64,000 bases of DNA, from assembly GCA_900547465.1 (NCBI GenBank), contig URHJ01000002.1, positions 12,280 through 76,279 of the forward strand, written 5' to 3'. Shown here one piece after another: positions 47,432-55,677 of the stretch. A model generated the notes under the pieces. That model had not been told where the DNA came from. It worked only from the letters and a program-made list of their open reading frames with translations, and made no database searches. The position numbers and the translations under genes are program-made. Within the stretch, counting starts at the first letter, position 1. Each line of letters starts with the position of its first letter. The stretch is from an uncultured Mycoplasmatota bacterium. Lineage in GTDB: Bacteria > Bacillota_I > Bacilli_A > RF39 > UBA660.

Positions 47432-49462
47432 ATGACTATTTTAGAAGATGAATTACATAAAGAAAAACTTATATTAAAGAAAGTATCAAATCTAGTAGAA
47501 AATACAATTGATGATTTAAAAAAAGAGGTTAGAGTAAGTGAAGATGCTTTAACAGAATTTAAAAAAGTTGTTTGGGCTGATTCATCAAGTTTTGATGAAG
47601 GAGATATTGCTCAAGCTAAAAATATTACGGATATTGAAGCTAATAAAACACTTGAGAAAGAAAAGCATTTAAAAAGATTGCTTAGAATAAAAAACAAACC
47701 TTATTTTGCATCAATTGTATTTAGGGATAGTGATGGGGAAATATTTAATATTTATATTTCTCTTACTTATTTAAAAGATTCACATTTAAATAATATTTTA
47801 TATGATTGGAGAAGTCCTATTTGTAGTTTATTTTATGATTATGAGACAGGTCCTTGTTCTTATATGGCTCCTGCTGGTGAAATAAAGGGAGAATTACTTA
47901 GAAAGAGACAATATAAAATAGAAAACAATGAATTATTGCATGTTTTTGATAATTCTTTAAATATAGATGATGATGTATTGCAAGATGTTTTGGCAGAAGA
48001 ATCTAGTGAAAGAATGAAAAATGTTGTTAATACAATTCAAGAAGAACAAAATAAAGTTATTAGAGATTTAGAGACAGATAATTTAATTGTTCAAGGGATT
48101 GCTGGGAGTGGTAAGACTACAGTTGCCCTACATAGAATAGCATTTCTACTTTATAGAATCAATAATTTATCTAGTAATAACATTTTAATTTTTTCTCCTA
48201 ATAATATCTTTACTGAATATATTTCTAATGTTTTGCCAGAACTTGGTGAAGATAATACGTTACAAACAACATTTAATGACTACTTAACTTATTTTATTAC
48301 TGAGTATGATGATATAGAAACATTTACTAAGTTTTTAGCAAGATCTTATTCTAAAAATGATAAAGATATTAAACTTATTTCTTATAAACAAAGTGATATT
48401 ATTATTGATGACTTTAATGATTATTTGAATGATTATATTGCTAATGCTAAATTTATTGATGATATAGAAGAGACTAAAACTCATTTTACTACTTTAGAAG
48501 AGTTAAATGAATTACTTCATTATAAGTATGATAAATTACCTTTATTTGAAAGAATTGATGAGATTTCTACACGTTTATCAGAACAATTTTATAAGGGTAC
48601 AAAAAAGAAGAAGGCTACATTTTTGAAACTAATTAAAGAGTCTATTAATTTTAAGAAAGATTATTTAGATATATATACTAATTTTTATAAAAGTAAATAT
48701 TGTCGTATTTCTTTGACTGATTTAGAGATAAAAGAATTTGTAAAGAAAAAAGTTATTAATTATGAAGATAGTTTGTTATTTTCTTATATGAAAGGAGTTT
48801 TGGAAGGTTTTCCATATGAAGGAGATATCTTGCATGTAGTTATAGATGAAGCACAAGATTATAATAAATTACAATATATAATTATCTCTAAAATATTTAG
48901 AAAGGCCAAGTTTACTATTTTAGGTGATGTTAATCAAAATATTAATCCGTTCTATAAGTATGAAAAACTTAGTGATTTAGAAAAATATTTTAATGGTGAA
49001 GATAGGTATTTGGAATTAAATAAAACATATAGATCATCACCAGAAATTATTGATTATACAAATAAAATATTAGGCCTTAATCATGTTAATGCGATTAGGG
49101 ATAAGAGTAATATTCCAGTAACTTCAAGAAGAAATGTTGATAATTTAGAAGAATTACTTATTGAGGATATATCAGAACTTACTTCTAAATACCATAGAGT
49201 AGCAATTATTACTAAAGATTTTATAGAAGCGAAAAAAGTATATAAATATGTTAAAGATAAATTTCCAATTTCAATTGTTGATGAAGATACAATTAAATTT
49301 CATAAAAACTTAGTTGTTATACCAGCTTTCTTAGCTAAGGGATTAGAATTTGATGCAGTTATAGCTTACAATAATCGTGAGAATTCTTATAGAAAAGATG
49401 AAAGAAATTTATTATATGTTGCTTGCACAAGAGCACAGCATAAATTGGTTATATATAATTAG
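47432..49462 (+). CDS. helD: HelD-type UvrD-like helicase (helicase IV / RNA polymerase recycling factor)
   Basis: N-terminal coiled-coil region, LIVQGIAGSGKTTVALHRIAFLLY, IDEAQDY, ILGDVNQ, TYRSS and YVACTRAQHKL. The ATG at 47432 follows RBS GGAGAGAG. Confidence 0.8.
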   Translation: MTILEDELHKEKLILKKVSNLVENTIDDLKKEVRVSEDALTEFKKVVWADSSSFDEGDIAQAKNITDIEANKTLEKEKHLKRLLRIKNKPYFASIVFRDSDGEIFNIYISLTYLKDSHLNNILYDWRSPICSLFYDYETGPCSYMAPAGEIKGELLRKRQYKIENNELLHVFDNSLNIDDDVLQDVLAEESSERMKNVVNTIQEEQNKVIRDLETDNLIVQGIAGSGKTTVALHRIAFLLYRINNLSSNNILIFSPNNIFTEYISNVLPELGEDNTLQTTFNDYLTYFITEYDDIETFTKFLARSYSKNDKDIKLISYKQSDIIIDDFNDYLNDYIANAKFIDDIEETKTHFTTLEELNELLHYKYDKLPLFERIDEISTRLSEQFYKGTKKKKATFLKLIKESINFKKDYLDIYTNFYKSKYCRISLTDLEIKEFVKKKVINYEDSLLFSYMKGVLEGFPYEGDILHVVIDEAQDYNKLQYIIISKIFRKAKFTILGDVNQNINPFYKYEKLSDLEKYFNGEDRYLELNKTYRSSPEIIDYTNKILGLNHVNAIRDKSNIPVTSRRNVDNLEELLIEDISELTSKYHRVAIITKDFIEAKKVYKYVKDKFPISIVDEDTIKFHKNLVVIPAFLAKGLEFDAVIAYNNRENSYRKDERNLLYVACTRAQHKLVIYN

Positions 49463-49503
49463 AGACCAGTATAAGTTTACAAAATTATCTTTTTTGCTAA
49501 TTA

Positions 49504-49530
49504 TTAGCACTCAACTATTGACATTGCTAA
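49504..49530 (+). promoter_or_regulatory. CIRCE-like inverted repeat (candidate HrcA operator)
   Basis: TTAGCACTC-aactattga-CATTGCTAA against the consensus TTAGCACTC-N9-GAGTGCTAA: left arm 9/9, right arm 7/9, exact 9-nt spacer. Confidence 0.55.
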
Positions 49531-49546
49531 TAAAAAGTGGTAGAAT
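49518..49546 (+). promoter_or_regulatory. Sigma-A-type promoter of hsp20
   Basis: TTGACA (49518-49523), 17 nt spacer, then TAGAAT preceded by TGg (extended -10). The -35 lies inside the CIRCE-like repeat. Confidence 0.55.
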
Positions 49547-49639
49547 TAAAAATGTAAGGAGGATAGCCTTACAGGTATTGAATTATATCTATGTGCTACC
49601 TATTATGGCAACACATGTTTTGAAAGGAAGTAGATTTAT

Positions 49640-50056
49640 ATGATGTTGATACCTAGAGATAATTTTGATTTATTTGATGATATTTTTACAGATCCATTTT
49701 TTAAACGTAATGATAATAAACTAATGAGAACAGATATTAAAGAACATGATGATAATTATGTAATTAGTGTTGATTTACCAGGATATGATAAAGAAAATAT
49801 TAAAGTTGATATTACTGATGGTTATCTAACTGTTAGCGCTAAAACTGATAGTGAAAATAATGAAGACGAAAAAGGTAAGTATGTAAGACGTGAAAGATAT
49901 TTTGGTGAATGCTCTCGTAGTTTCTATGTTGGAGATGATATTAGTGTTGAAGACGTAGACGCTAGCTTTAAAAATGGTACATTAATAATGGAAATTCCTA
50001 AAATGGATTCTAAAAAGGAACTTCCTGAGAAAAAATACATTGAAATAAAAGACTAA
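49640..50056 (+). CDS. Small heat-shock protein (Hsp20/alpha-crystallin family)
   Basis: Alpha-crystallin domain: MRTDIKEHDDNYVISVDLPGYDKENIKVDITDGYLTVSA...FKNGTLIMEIPK. Confidence 0.9.
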   Translation: MMLIPRDNFDLFDDIFTDPFFKRNDNKLMRTDIKEHDDNYVISVDLPGYDKENIKVDITDGYLTVSAKTDSENNEDEKGKYVRRERYFGECSRSFYVGDDISVEDVDASFKNGTLIMEIPKMDSKKELPEKKYIEIKD

Positions 50057-50065
50057 CGTAGTTAA

Positions 50066-50100
50066 ATAGAATTTAAGACTTTCTTAAGTTCTATTTTTTT
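50066..50100 (+). terminator. Rho-independent terminator after hsp20
   Basis: atagaatttaag-actttc-cttaagttctat followed by T7. Confidence 0.7.
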
Positions 50101-50131
50101 GGTATAATTATCTAGAAGTTTGGAGGACGTT

Positions 50132-51928
50132 ATGAAACAGGAAAACATTAGAAACTTTTGTATTATTGCGCATATAGATCATGGAAAAAGTACGCTTGCC
50201 GATCGTATTTTAGAAAAGACAAATGCTATATCTAAACGTGAATTAAAAGAACAAATGCTTGATGATATGGATATTGAACGTGAACGTGGAATTACTATAA
50301 AACTTAATGCAGTGCAAATTAAATATCAATATAATAATGATGATTATTACTTGCATTTGATTGATACGCCAGGTCATGTTGATTTTTCCTATGAAGTTAG
50401 TAGAAGTTTAGCTGCTTGTGAAGGGGCTTTATTAGTAGTAGATGCTGCACAAGGGATTGAAGCTCAAACACTTGCAAATCTTTACTTAGCGCTTGATAAT
50501 AACTTAACAGTTATTCCTGTTATTAATAAAATTGATCTACCTAGTGCTGATGTTCCAAAAGTATTAGAAGAATTAGAAAATGTAGGTTTTTCTAAAGATG
50601 AAGTTATTTTAACGAGTGCTAAAACAGGTGTTGGGATTGATGATTTGTTAAAGGCAATTATAGAGAAAATTCCTGCTCCAACTGGTGATGTGAATGCTCC
50701 TTTGAAAGCACTTATTTTTGATAGTGTTTTTGATCCGTATCGAGGGGTTATTACAAGTATTCGTATTGTTGATGGTTCAATTAAAGTTGGTGATAAATTT
50801 TTAATGATGGAAACTAATGCTTCATATGATGTTATTGGACTTAGTATAGATACTCCAAAAGAGAAGGAGGTAAAAGAACTAAAAGCAGGAGAAGTTGGTT
50901 ATTTATATGCTTCTATTAAAAGTATTGAGAATGTAAAAGTAGGGGATACTATTACTTTAGATAATAATAGAGCAGAAGAAAAGTTACCTGGTTATAAAGA
51001 AATGAAGCCAATGGTATATTGCGGACTTTATCCAATAGAGGCTAATAAATTTGAGGATTTACGAGAAGCTTTAGAAAAGTTAAAACTTAATGATGCAGCT
51101 TTAAGTTTTGAACCTGAAACATCAAAAGCTTTAGGATTTGGTTTTAGATGTGGTTTTTTAGGCCTTTTACATATGGAAATTATAGAAGAGAGAATTGAAA
51201 GGGAATTTAATATAGATTTAATTGCTACTTCTCCTTCTGTTATATATGAAGTGTTGCTTACTGATCGTACTAAAATGATAATTGATTCTCCAACAAAGAT
51301 GCCTGATAGAAGTCTTATTAGTAAAACTTATGAACCATATGTTAAAGCAAGTATTTTTTCGCCAAAAGAATATATTGGTTCAATTATGGAGTTGTGTCAA
51401 AATAAACGTGGTACATTTATCAATATGGATTATCTTGATAGTGCTCGTGTTACTATTTATTATAAGATACCATTATCTGAAATAGTTTATGACTTTTTTG
51501 ATAAGTTAAAATCTTATACTAAAGGTTATGCTTCTTTTGATTATGAATTTATTGGTTATGAAGAAAGTAATTTAGTTAAAATGGATATATTGCTTAATGG
51601 TGAGGTGGTAGATGCTTTAAGTGTTATTGTTCATAAAGATTTTGCATATCAAAGGGGAAAAGTGGTTGTTGAAAAGTTAAAAGAAATTATTCCAAGACAA
51701 ATGTTTGAAGTCCCAGTTCAAGCAGCAATTGGTACTCATGTTATTGCGAGAGTAAATATAAAAGCAATGAGAAAAAATGTTTTAGCTAAGTGTTATGGTG
51801 GAGATGTTACACGTAAGAAAAAATTACTAGAAAAACAGAAAGCTGGTAAGAAGAGAATGAAACAAATTGGTAGTGTTGAAGTACCACAAGAGGCATTCTT
51901 ATCAATATTATCAACTGATGAAAATTAG
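50132..51928 (+). CDS. lepA: Translation elongation factor 4 (LepA)
   Basis: [28 protein letters not shown] and NKIDL, plus the LepA-specific C-terminal domain. The ATG at 50132 follows RBS GGAGGA. Confidence 0.95.
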   Translation: MKQENIRNFCIIAHIDHGKSTLADRILEKTNAISKRELKEQMLDDMDIERERGITIKLNAVQIKYQYNNDDYYLHLIDTPGHVDFSYEVSRSLAACEGALLVVDAAQGIEAQTLANLYLALDNNLTVIPVINKIDLPSADVPKVLEELENVGFSKDEVILTSAKTGVGIDDLLKAIIEKIPAPTGDVNAPLKALIFDSVFDPYRGVITSIRIVDGSIKVGDKFLMMETNASYDVIGLSIDTPKEKEVKELKAGEVGYLYASIKSIENVKVGDTITLDNNRAEEKLPGYKEMKPMVYCGLYPIEANKFEDLREALEKLKLNDAALSFEPETSKALGFGFRCGFLGLLHMEIIEERIEREFNIDLIATSPSVIYEVLLTDRTKMIIDSPTKMPDRSLISKTYEPYVKASIFSPKEYIGSIMELCQNKRGTFINMDYLDSARVTIYYKIPLSEIVYDFFDKLKSYTKGYASFDYEFIGYEESNLVKMDILLNGEVVDALSVIVHKDFAYQRGKVVVEKLKEIIPRQMFEVPVQAAIGTHVIARVNIKAMRKNVLAKCYGGDVTRKKKLLEKQKAGKKRMKQIGSVEVPQEAFLSILSTDEN

Positions 51929-51936
51929 GAGGATTT

Positions 51937-52584
51937 ATGGAAGATTATATTACTAAAAACTGTATTATTGAAGAATATTTAAATAATTGGTTTACGTATG
52001 ATGAATTAGCTGAATATTTATGTATAGATAAAAAAGAAGTTATAGATGTTTTGGATCATTATTGTACGCTCGATGATAAGTTAAATAAAAAGGTTACAAA
52101 GCACAGAAGAAACATTCAAAAGTATTATGATACAATTGATGATAATGTACCAATGGCTACTCTAGATAACAGATTAGAACTAGCTAATTATATTATAGAA
52201 AATAGATGTTCTGTTAGAGAAGCTGCTAGAGAATTTGAACTTGGTAAAACTACGGTTCATGATTATATTCAAAAGAAGTTGCCTGATATTTCTATAAAGC
52301 ATTATAAAGCTGTTTTTGATGTATTAATGGAAAATAAATCTGTTTCTACAGATAATAAAATGGTAATTGAACAAGTACTTAAATCATATGACTATTTAGC
52401 GCTTGGAAATACTATAGATGAGATTAAAGACCTTCAAGGCTTAAGTTGGAATGTTGTACAGAGAAATTTGACTACCAGACTTCCAAAGATAGACAAAGAA
52501 AAATCTAAAAAAGCTAAAGAAATATTAACTACTAATCAATTGTTGAAGTTGAGGGAAAATGAATTTAAACCAAGTTGTAAGTAG
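51937..52584 (+). CDS. SpoIIID-like helix-turn-helix protein with N- and C-terminal extensions
   Basis: The core IIENRCSVREAAREFELGKTTVHDYIQKKLPDISIKHYKAVFDVLMENK parallels the B. subtilis SpoIIID HTH (VRVIAKEFGVSKSTVHKDLTERLPEIN...). At 215 aa it is much longer than SpoIIID (93 aa). Confidence 0.55.
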   Translation: MEDYITKNCIIEEYLNNWFTYDELAEYLCIDKKEVIDVLDHYCTLDDKLNKKVTKHRRNIQKYYDTIDDNVPMATLDNRLELANYIIENRCSVREAAREFELGKTTVHDYIQKKLPDISIKHYKAVFDVLMENKSVSTDNKMVIEQVLKSYDYLALGNTIDEIKDLQGLSWNVVQRNLTTRLPKIDKEKSKKAKEILTTNQLLKLRENEFKPSCK

Positions 52585-53665
52585 CTGCTATATACATATT
52601 CCCTTTTGTAATAGAATTTGTTCATATTGTGATTTCTGTAAATTGTTTTATAATGAGGAATTAGTTGATAAATACTTAGAGTCATTAGAAAAAGAAATAA
52701 AAGATATATATAAGGGAGAAGTATTAAATACAATTTATATAGGAGGCGGTACTCCTAGTTCTCTTAGTTTTAATCAATTGGAAAAATTACTAGAAATAAT
52801 TAAGTATTTTAATATTTCTTCTTCATGTGAATTTAGTATTGAATGTAATTTTGATTCAATAAATAAAGATAAACTATTGTTATTAAAAAAGTATGGTGTT
52901 AATAGATTGAGTTTTGGATTAGAGTCTATAGATAAGAATAATTTACATAGATTAGGTAGAAATGAAGATAAAGAGAAGACTAAATCTGTAATAGATTTGT
53001 GTCATTTCTTAGGAATTGATAACATTAATATTGATTTGATGTATGCTATAGAAGGGGAAGATATTAAGACTTTAGACAAGGATTTAGATTTTATTTTATC
53101 ATTGGATATTACTCATATTTCTACTTATTCATTAATTATTGAAGAACATACAAAGTTGTATATAGATAAAGCTCAATATATTTCAGAGGATTTAGATTAT
53201 GAGATGTATAAATACATTTGTGAAAAATTAAAGAAGTATGGTTATGAACATTATGAAATTAGTAACTTTGCAAAAGATGGGTATTATTCAAAACATAATT
53301 TATGTTATTGGCATAATGAGGAGTACTATGGATTTGGATTAGGTGCATCTTCTTATTTAAAAGATATAAGATCTACTAATACTCGAAGTATTACAAAGTA
53401 TTTACAAGGGAAAAAGATTAGTAACTATGAAAAATTATCTAAAAGTGATAAAATGAGTTATGAGATGATTTTAGGATTGAGATTACTAGAAGGAGTATCT
53501 AAAAAGAAGTTTGAAGATAAATATGGTATCTCATTAGATAATGTTTATAATATTGATAATTTAATAGAAAATGGAGATATTATTTCTTCTTCTGATTATA
53601 TTAAAATACCTGAAGATAAGCTTTATGTTAGTAATGAAATCTTAATTAATTTTATAGAGGAGTAG
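52559..53665 (+). CDS. hemW: Radical SAM heme chaperone HemW (HemN-like, oxygen-independent coproporphyrinogen oxidase family)
   Basis: YIHIPFCNRICSYCDF (CxxxCxxC) and GGGTPS, in the lepA-hemW neighbourhood. It overlaps the previous gene by 26 nt. Confidence 0.85.
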   Translation: MNLNQVVSSCYIHIPFCNRICSYCDFCKLFYNEELVDKYLESLEKEIKDIYKGEVLNTIYIGGGTPSSLSFNQLEKLLEIIKYFNISSSCEFSIECNFDSINKDKLLLLKKYGVNRLSFGLESIDKNNLHRLGRNEDKEKTKSVIDLCHFLGIDNINIDLMYAIEGEDIKTLDKDLDFILSLDITHISTYSLIIEEHTKLYIDKAQYISEDLDYEMYKYICEKLKKYGYEHYEISNFAKDGYYSKHNLCYWHNEEYYGFGLGASSYLKDIRSTNTRSITKYLQGKKISNYEKLSKSDKMSYEMILGLRLLEGVSKKKFEDKYGISLDNVYNIDNLIENGDIISSSDYIKIPEDKLYVSNEILINFIEE

Positions 53666-53668
53666 AAT

Positions 53669-54250
53669 ATGAATAAAAAAGAAGTTTTTAAAATAGAATT
53701 AGAATATATAAAAAATTATAAAGTTAGAAAATCTTTAGAAACTATGATTGATGAGTTACCTGATTATTTTTTTAGGATAGCAGCAGCATCAACTGGTAAG
53801 TATCACCCTGAATATGCTCAAGGTGAGGGAGGATTAGTTAGACATACTAAGGCTGCGGTTCGAATTGGTTATGAACTTTTGTCTGATCCTGCGATTGGTG
53901 ATAAATATACTAACGATGAAAAAGATTTGATGTTAATGGGATTACTTTTACATGATGGATTAAAACTTGGAAAGGAAGAATCTAAATATACTAAATTTGA
54001 ACATCCAATTTTAATGGCGAATTATATAGAAGAATGCAAAAAAAAATTAGATTTAACTGATGAAGAAAGAATATTTGTTGAAGATGTTATAAAGACTCAC
54101 ATGGGTCCTTGGACAACTGATTATCAAGGCAATGAGGTATTAGAAAAGCCTAAGACAAAATATCAAAATTTTGTTCATATGTGTGACTATTTAGCTAGTA
54201 GAAAATGTTTACTTGTACCTTTTAATGATAATAATGAAATAAGTGCGTAA
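53669..54250 (+). CDS. HD-domain phosphohydrolase
   Basis: RHT...LLHDGLK (H...HD) and MCDYLASR. Confidence 0.7.
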   Translation: MNKKEVFKIELEYIKNYKVRKSLETMIDELPDYFFRIAAASTGKYHPEYAQGEGGLVRHTKAAVRIGYELLSDPAIGDKYTNDEKDLMLMGLLLHDGLKLGKEESKYTKFEHPILMANYIEECKKKLDLTDEERIFVEDVIKTHMGPWTTDYQGNEVLEKPKTKYQNFVHMCDYLASRKCLLVPFNDNNEISA

Positions 54251-54336
54251 AAAAATGTAAACTTATGCAATTTATGAATGATTAAATTGTTTATGTTTAC
54301 ATTTTTTGTTATTCTTATAGTATGGAGAGTGATTTT

Positions 54337-54945
54337 ATGAGAAAGTCTAGTAGTAAGAAGAAAAAGAATGGCATAAATGTTAGAGAAACAGTTATTTCTA
54401 TTTTAATTGTTTTAGTTTTGTTGGTTGTTGTTGCGGGTGTTAGTTATGCGGTTTGGAGTAGATCTTTTACTGGAGTTAAGGAAAATAGTCTACAAACTGG
54501 TTATGTATCATTTACATATAAAGAAAGTGATACAAATGTTATATCTATTGAAAATGCAATCCCAGTAGCCGATGAAGTTGGAAAGAAACAAAAAGATAGT
54601 AATAGTATGTTTGATTTTAATGTTTCTACTAAGTACAAAGGTGTAGGTAATATCAACTATGAAGTTTATTCAACACTTATGAAATCAACTTTAGATTCTA
54701 AATATGTAAAAGTATATTTAACTGATCAAAATGATAATCCGCTTGATGGTTATTCTAAAGATGTTCCAGTTTATGATGCACTTTCTGAGTCAATAGTTGA
54801 AGATGGAAAAACTTTATATAAAGGCAGTTTAAAATCAGGTGATGTTAAAAACTTAAGACTTAGAATTTGGTTAAGTTCAGAATATAGTGATGGTAGTGAA
54901 GCTAGAACATTTGCTTTTAAAGTTAATGTTAAAGGAGAAGCATAA
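54337..54945 (+). CDS. Exported or membrane-anchored protein with a basic N-terminus; possible atypical prepilin (or SipW/TasA-type signal)
   Basis: [34 protein letters not shown]: a Gly, a Glu at +5, then a 20-aa hydrophobic helix. Alternatively ...VSYAVWS resembles SipW-type signals. The ATG at 54337 follows RBS GGAGAG. Confidence 0.45.
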   Translation: MRKSSSKKKKNGINVRETVISILIVLVLLVVVAGVSYAVWSRSFTGVKENSLQTGYVSFTYKESDTNVISIENAIPVADEVGKKQKDSNSMFDFNVSTKYKGVGNINYEVYSTLMKSTLDSKYVKVYLTDQNDNPLDGYSKDVPVYDALSESIVEDGKTLYKGSLKSGDVKNLRLRIWLSSEYSDGSEARTFAFKVNVKGEA

Positions 54946-54991
54946 AGTAGTAATGTACTACTTTTTCTTGTATTAAGGAGATGATGAAGTC

Positions 54992-55669
54992 ATGAAGGGG
55001 AAAATAATTGTAATAGAAGGTACTGATTGTTCAGGAAAAGAGACCCAATCTAAATTATTAGAAAATAAATTAATTGAGATTGGACTAAAATGTATACGAT
55101 TTGAATTTCCTAATTATGATAGTCCAACTGGAAAGATAGTAGGAGGTGCATATTTAGGAAAAGAGGAAATATCAAAATCCCTTTTTGCCGAGGGTGCTCC
55201 TAATGTTGATCCTTATATAGCTTGCTTATATTACGCAGCTGATAGAAAATATAATATAGGTAAAATTAATAAGTATTTAGATGATGGTTATTGTGTTATT
55301 ATTGATCGCTATACAACTTCAAATATGGCTCATCAAGGTGGAAAGATACATGATAAAGAAAAAAGATTTTTTATGTATCAATGGATTGATAAACTAGAAT
55401 ACTGGTTATTACAATTACCTAAACCTGATATTACAATATTTTTACATATGCCATACGAATATACTAAAGAGTTAAGAAAAAATAGAATAAATATTGATGA
55501 ACATGAAAAATCTGAAGATCATTTAAGAAATGCTGAAGAAGCTTATATTGAATTATCTGAGTTATATAATTGGTCTAAAGTGGAATGCGTTAATGAAGAT
55601 CAAATTAAAACTATTGAAGAAATAAATGATGAAATACTTAATATATTAAAAGAAAAAGGAATCAATTGA
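54992..55669 (+). CDS. tmk: Thymidylate kinase-family protein
   Basis: P-loop IVIEGTDCSGKETQ, FPNYDSPTGK and IIDRYTTSN. By eye it looks closer to the eukaryote/archaeal-like Tmk branch than to the canonical bacterial Tmk. Confidence 0.75.
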   Translation: MKGKIIVIEGTDCSGKETQSKLLENKLIEIGLKCIRFEFPNYDSPTGKIVGGAYLGKEEISKSLFAEGAPNVDPYIACLYYAADRKYNIGKINKYLDDGYCVIIDRYTTSNMAHQGGKIHDKEKRFFMYQWIDKLEYWLLQLPKPDITIFLHMPYEYTKELRKNRINIDEHEKSEDHLRNAEEAYIELSELYNWSKVECVNEDQIKTIEEINDEILNILKEKGIN

Positions 55670-55677
55670 TTCCTTTT
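55654..55677. terminator. Bidirectional hairpin shared by the convergent tmk and pilB-like genes
   Basis: Perfect palindrome aaaaggaatca/tgattcctttt spanning both stop codons. Confidence 0.55.

Noticed and set aside
49377-49643. 88-aa plus-strand ORF bridging the helD 3' end and the hsp20 leader
   Set aside because: It is out of frame with helD and runs across the CIRCE-like operator, promoter and leader. That region is better explained as regulatory.
54251-54307. ATGTAAACT within a long hairpin resembles the right half of the Firmicute dif site
   Set aside because: The left half and central region of dif are absent. The sequence is part of a terminator-like hairpin (aaaaatgtaaac/gtttacattttt).
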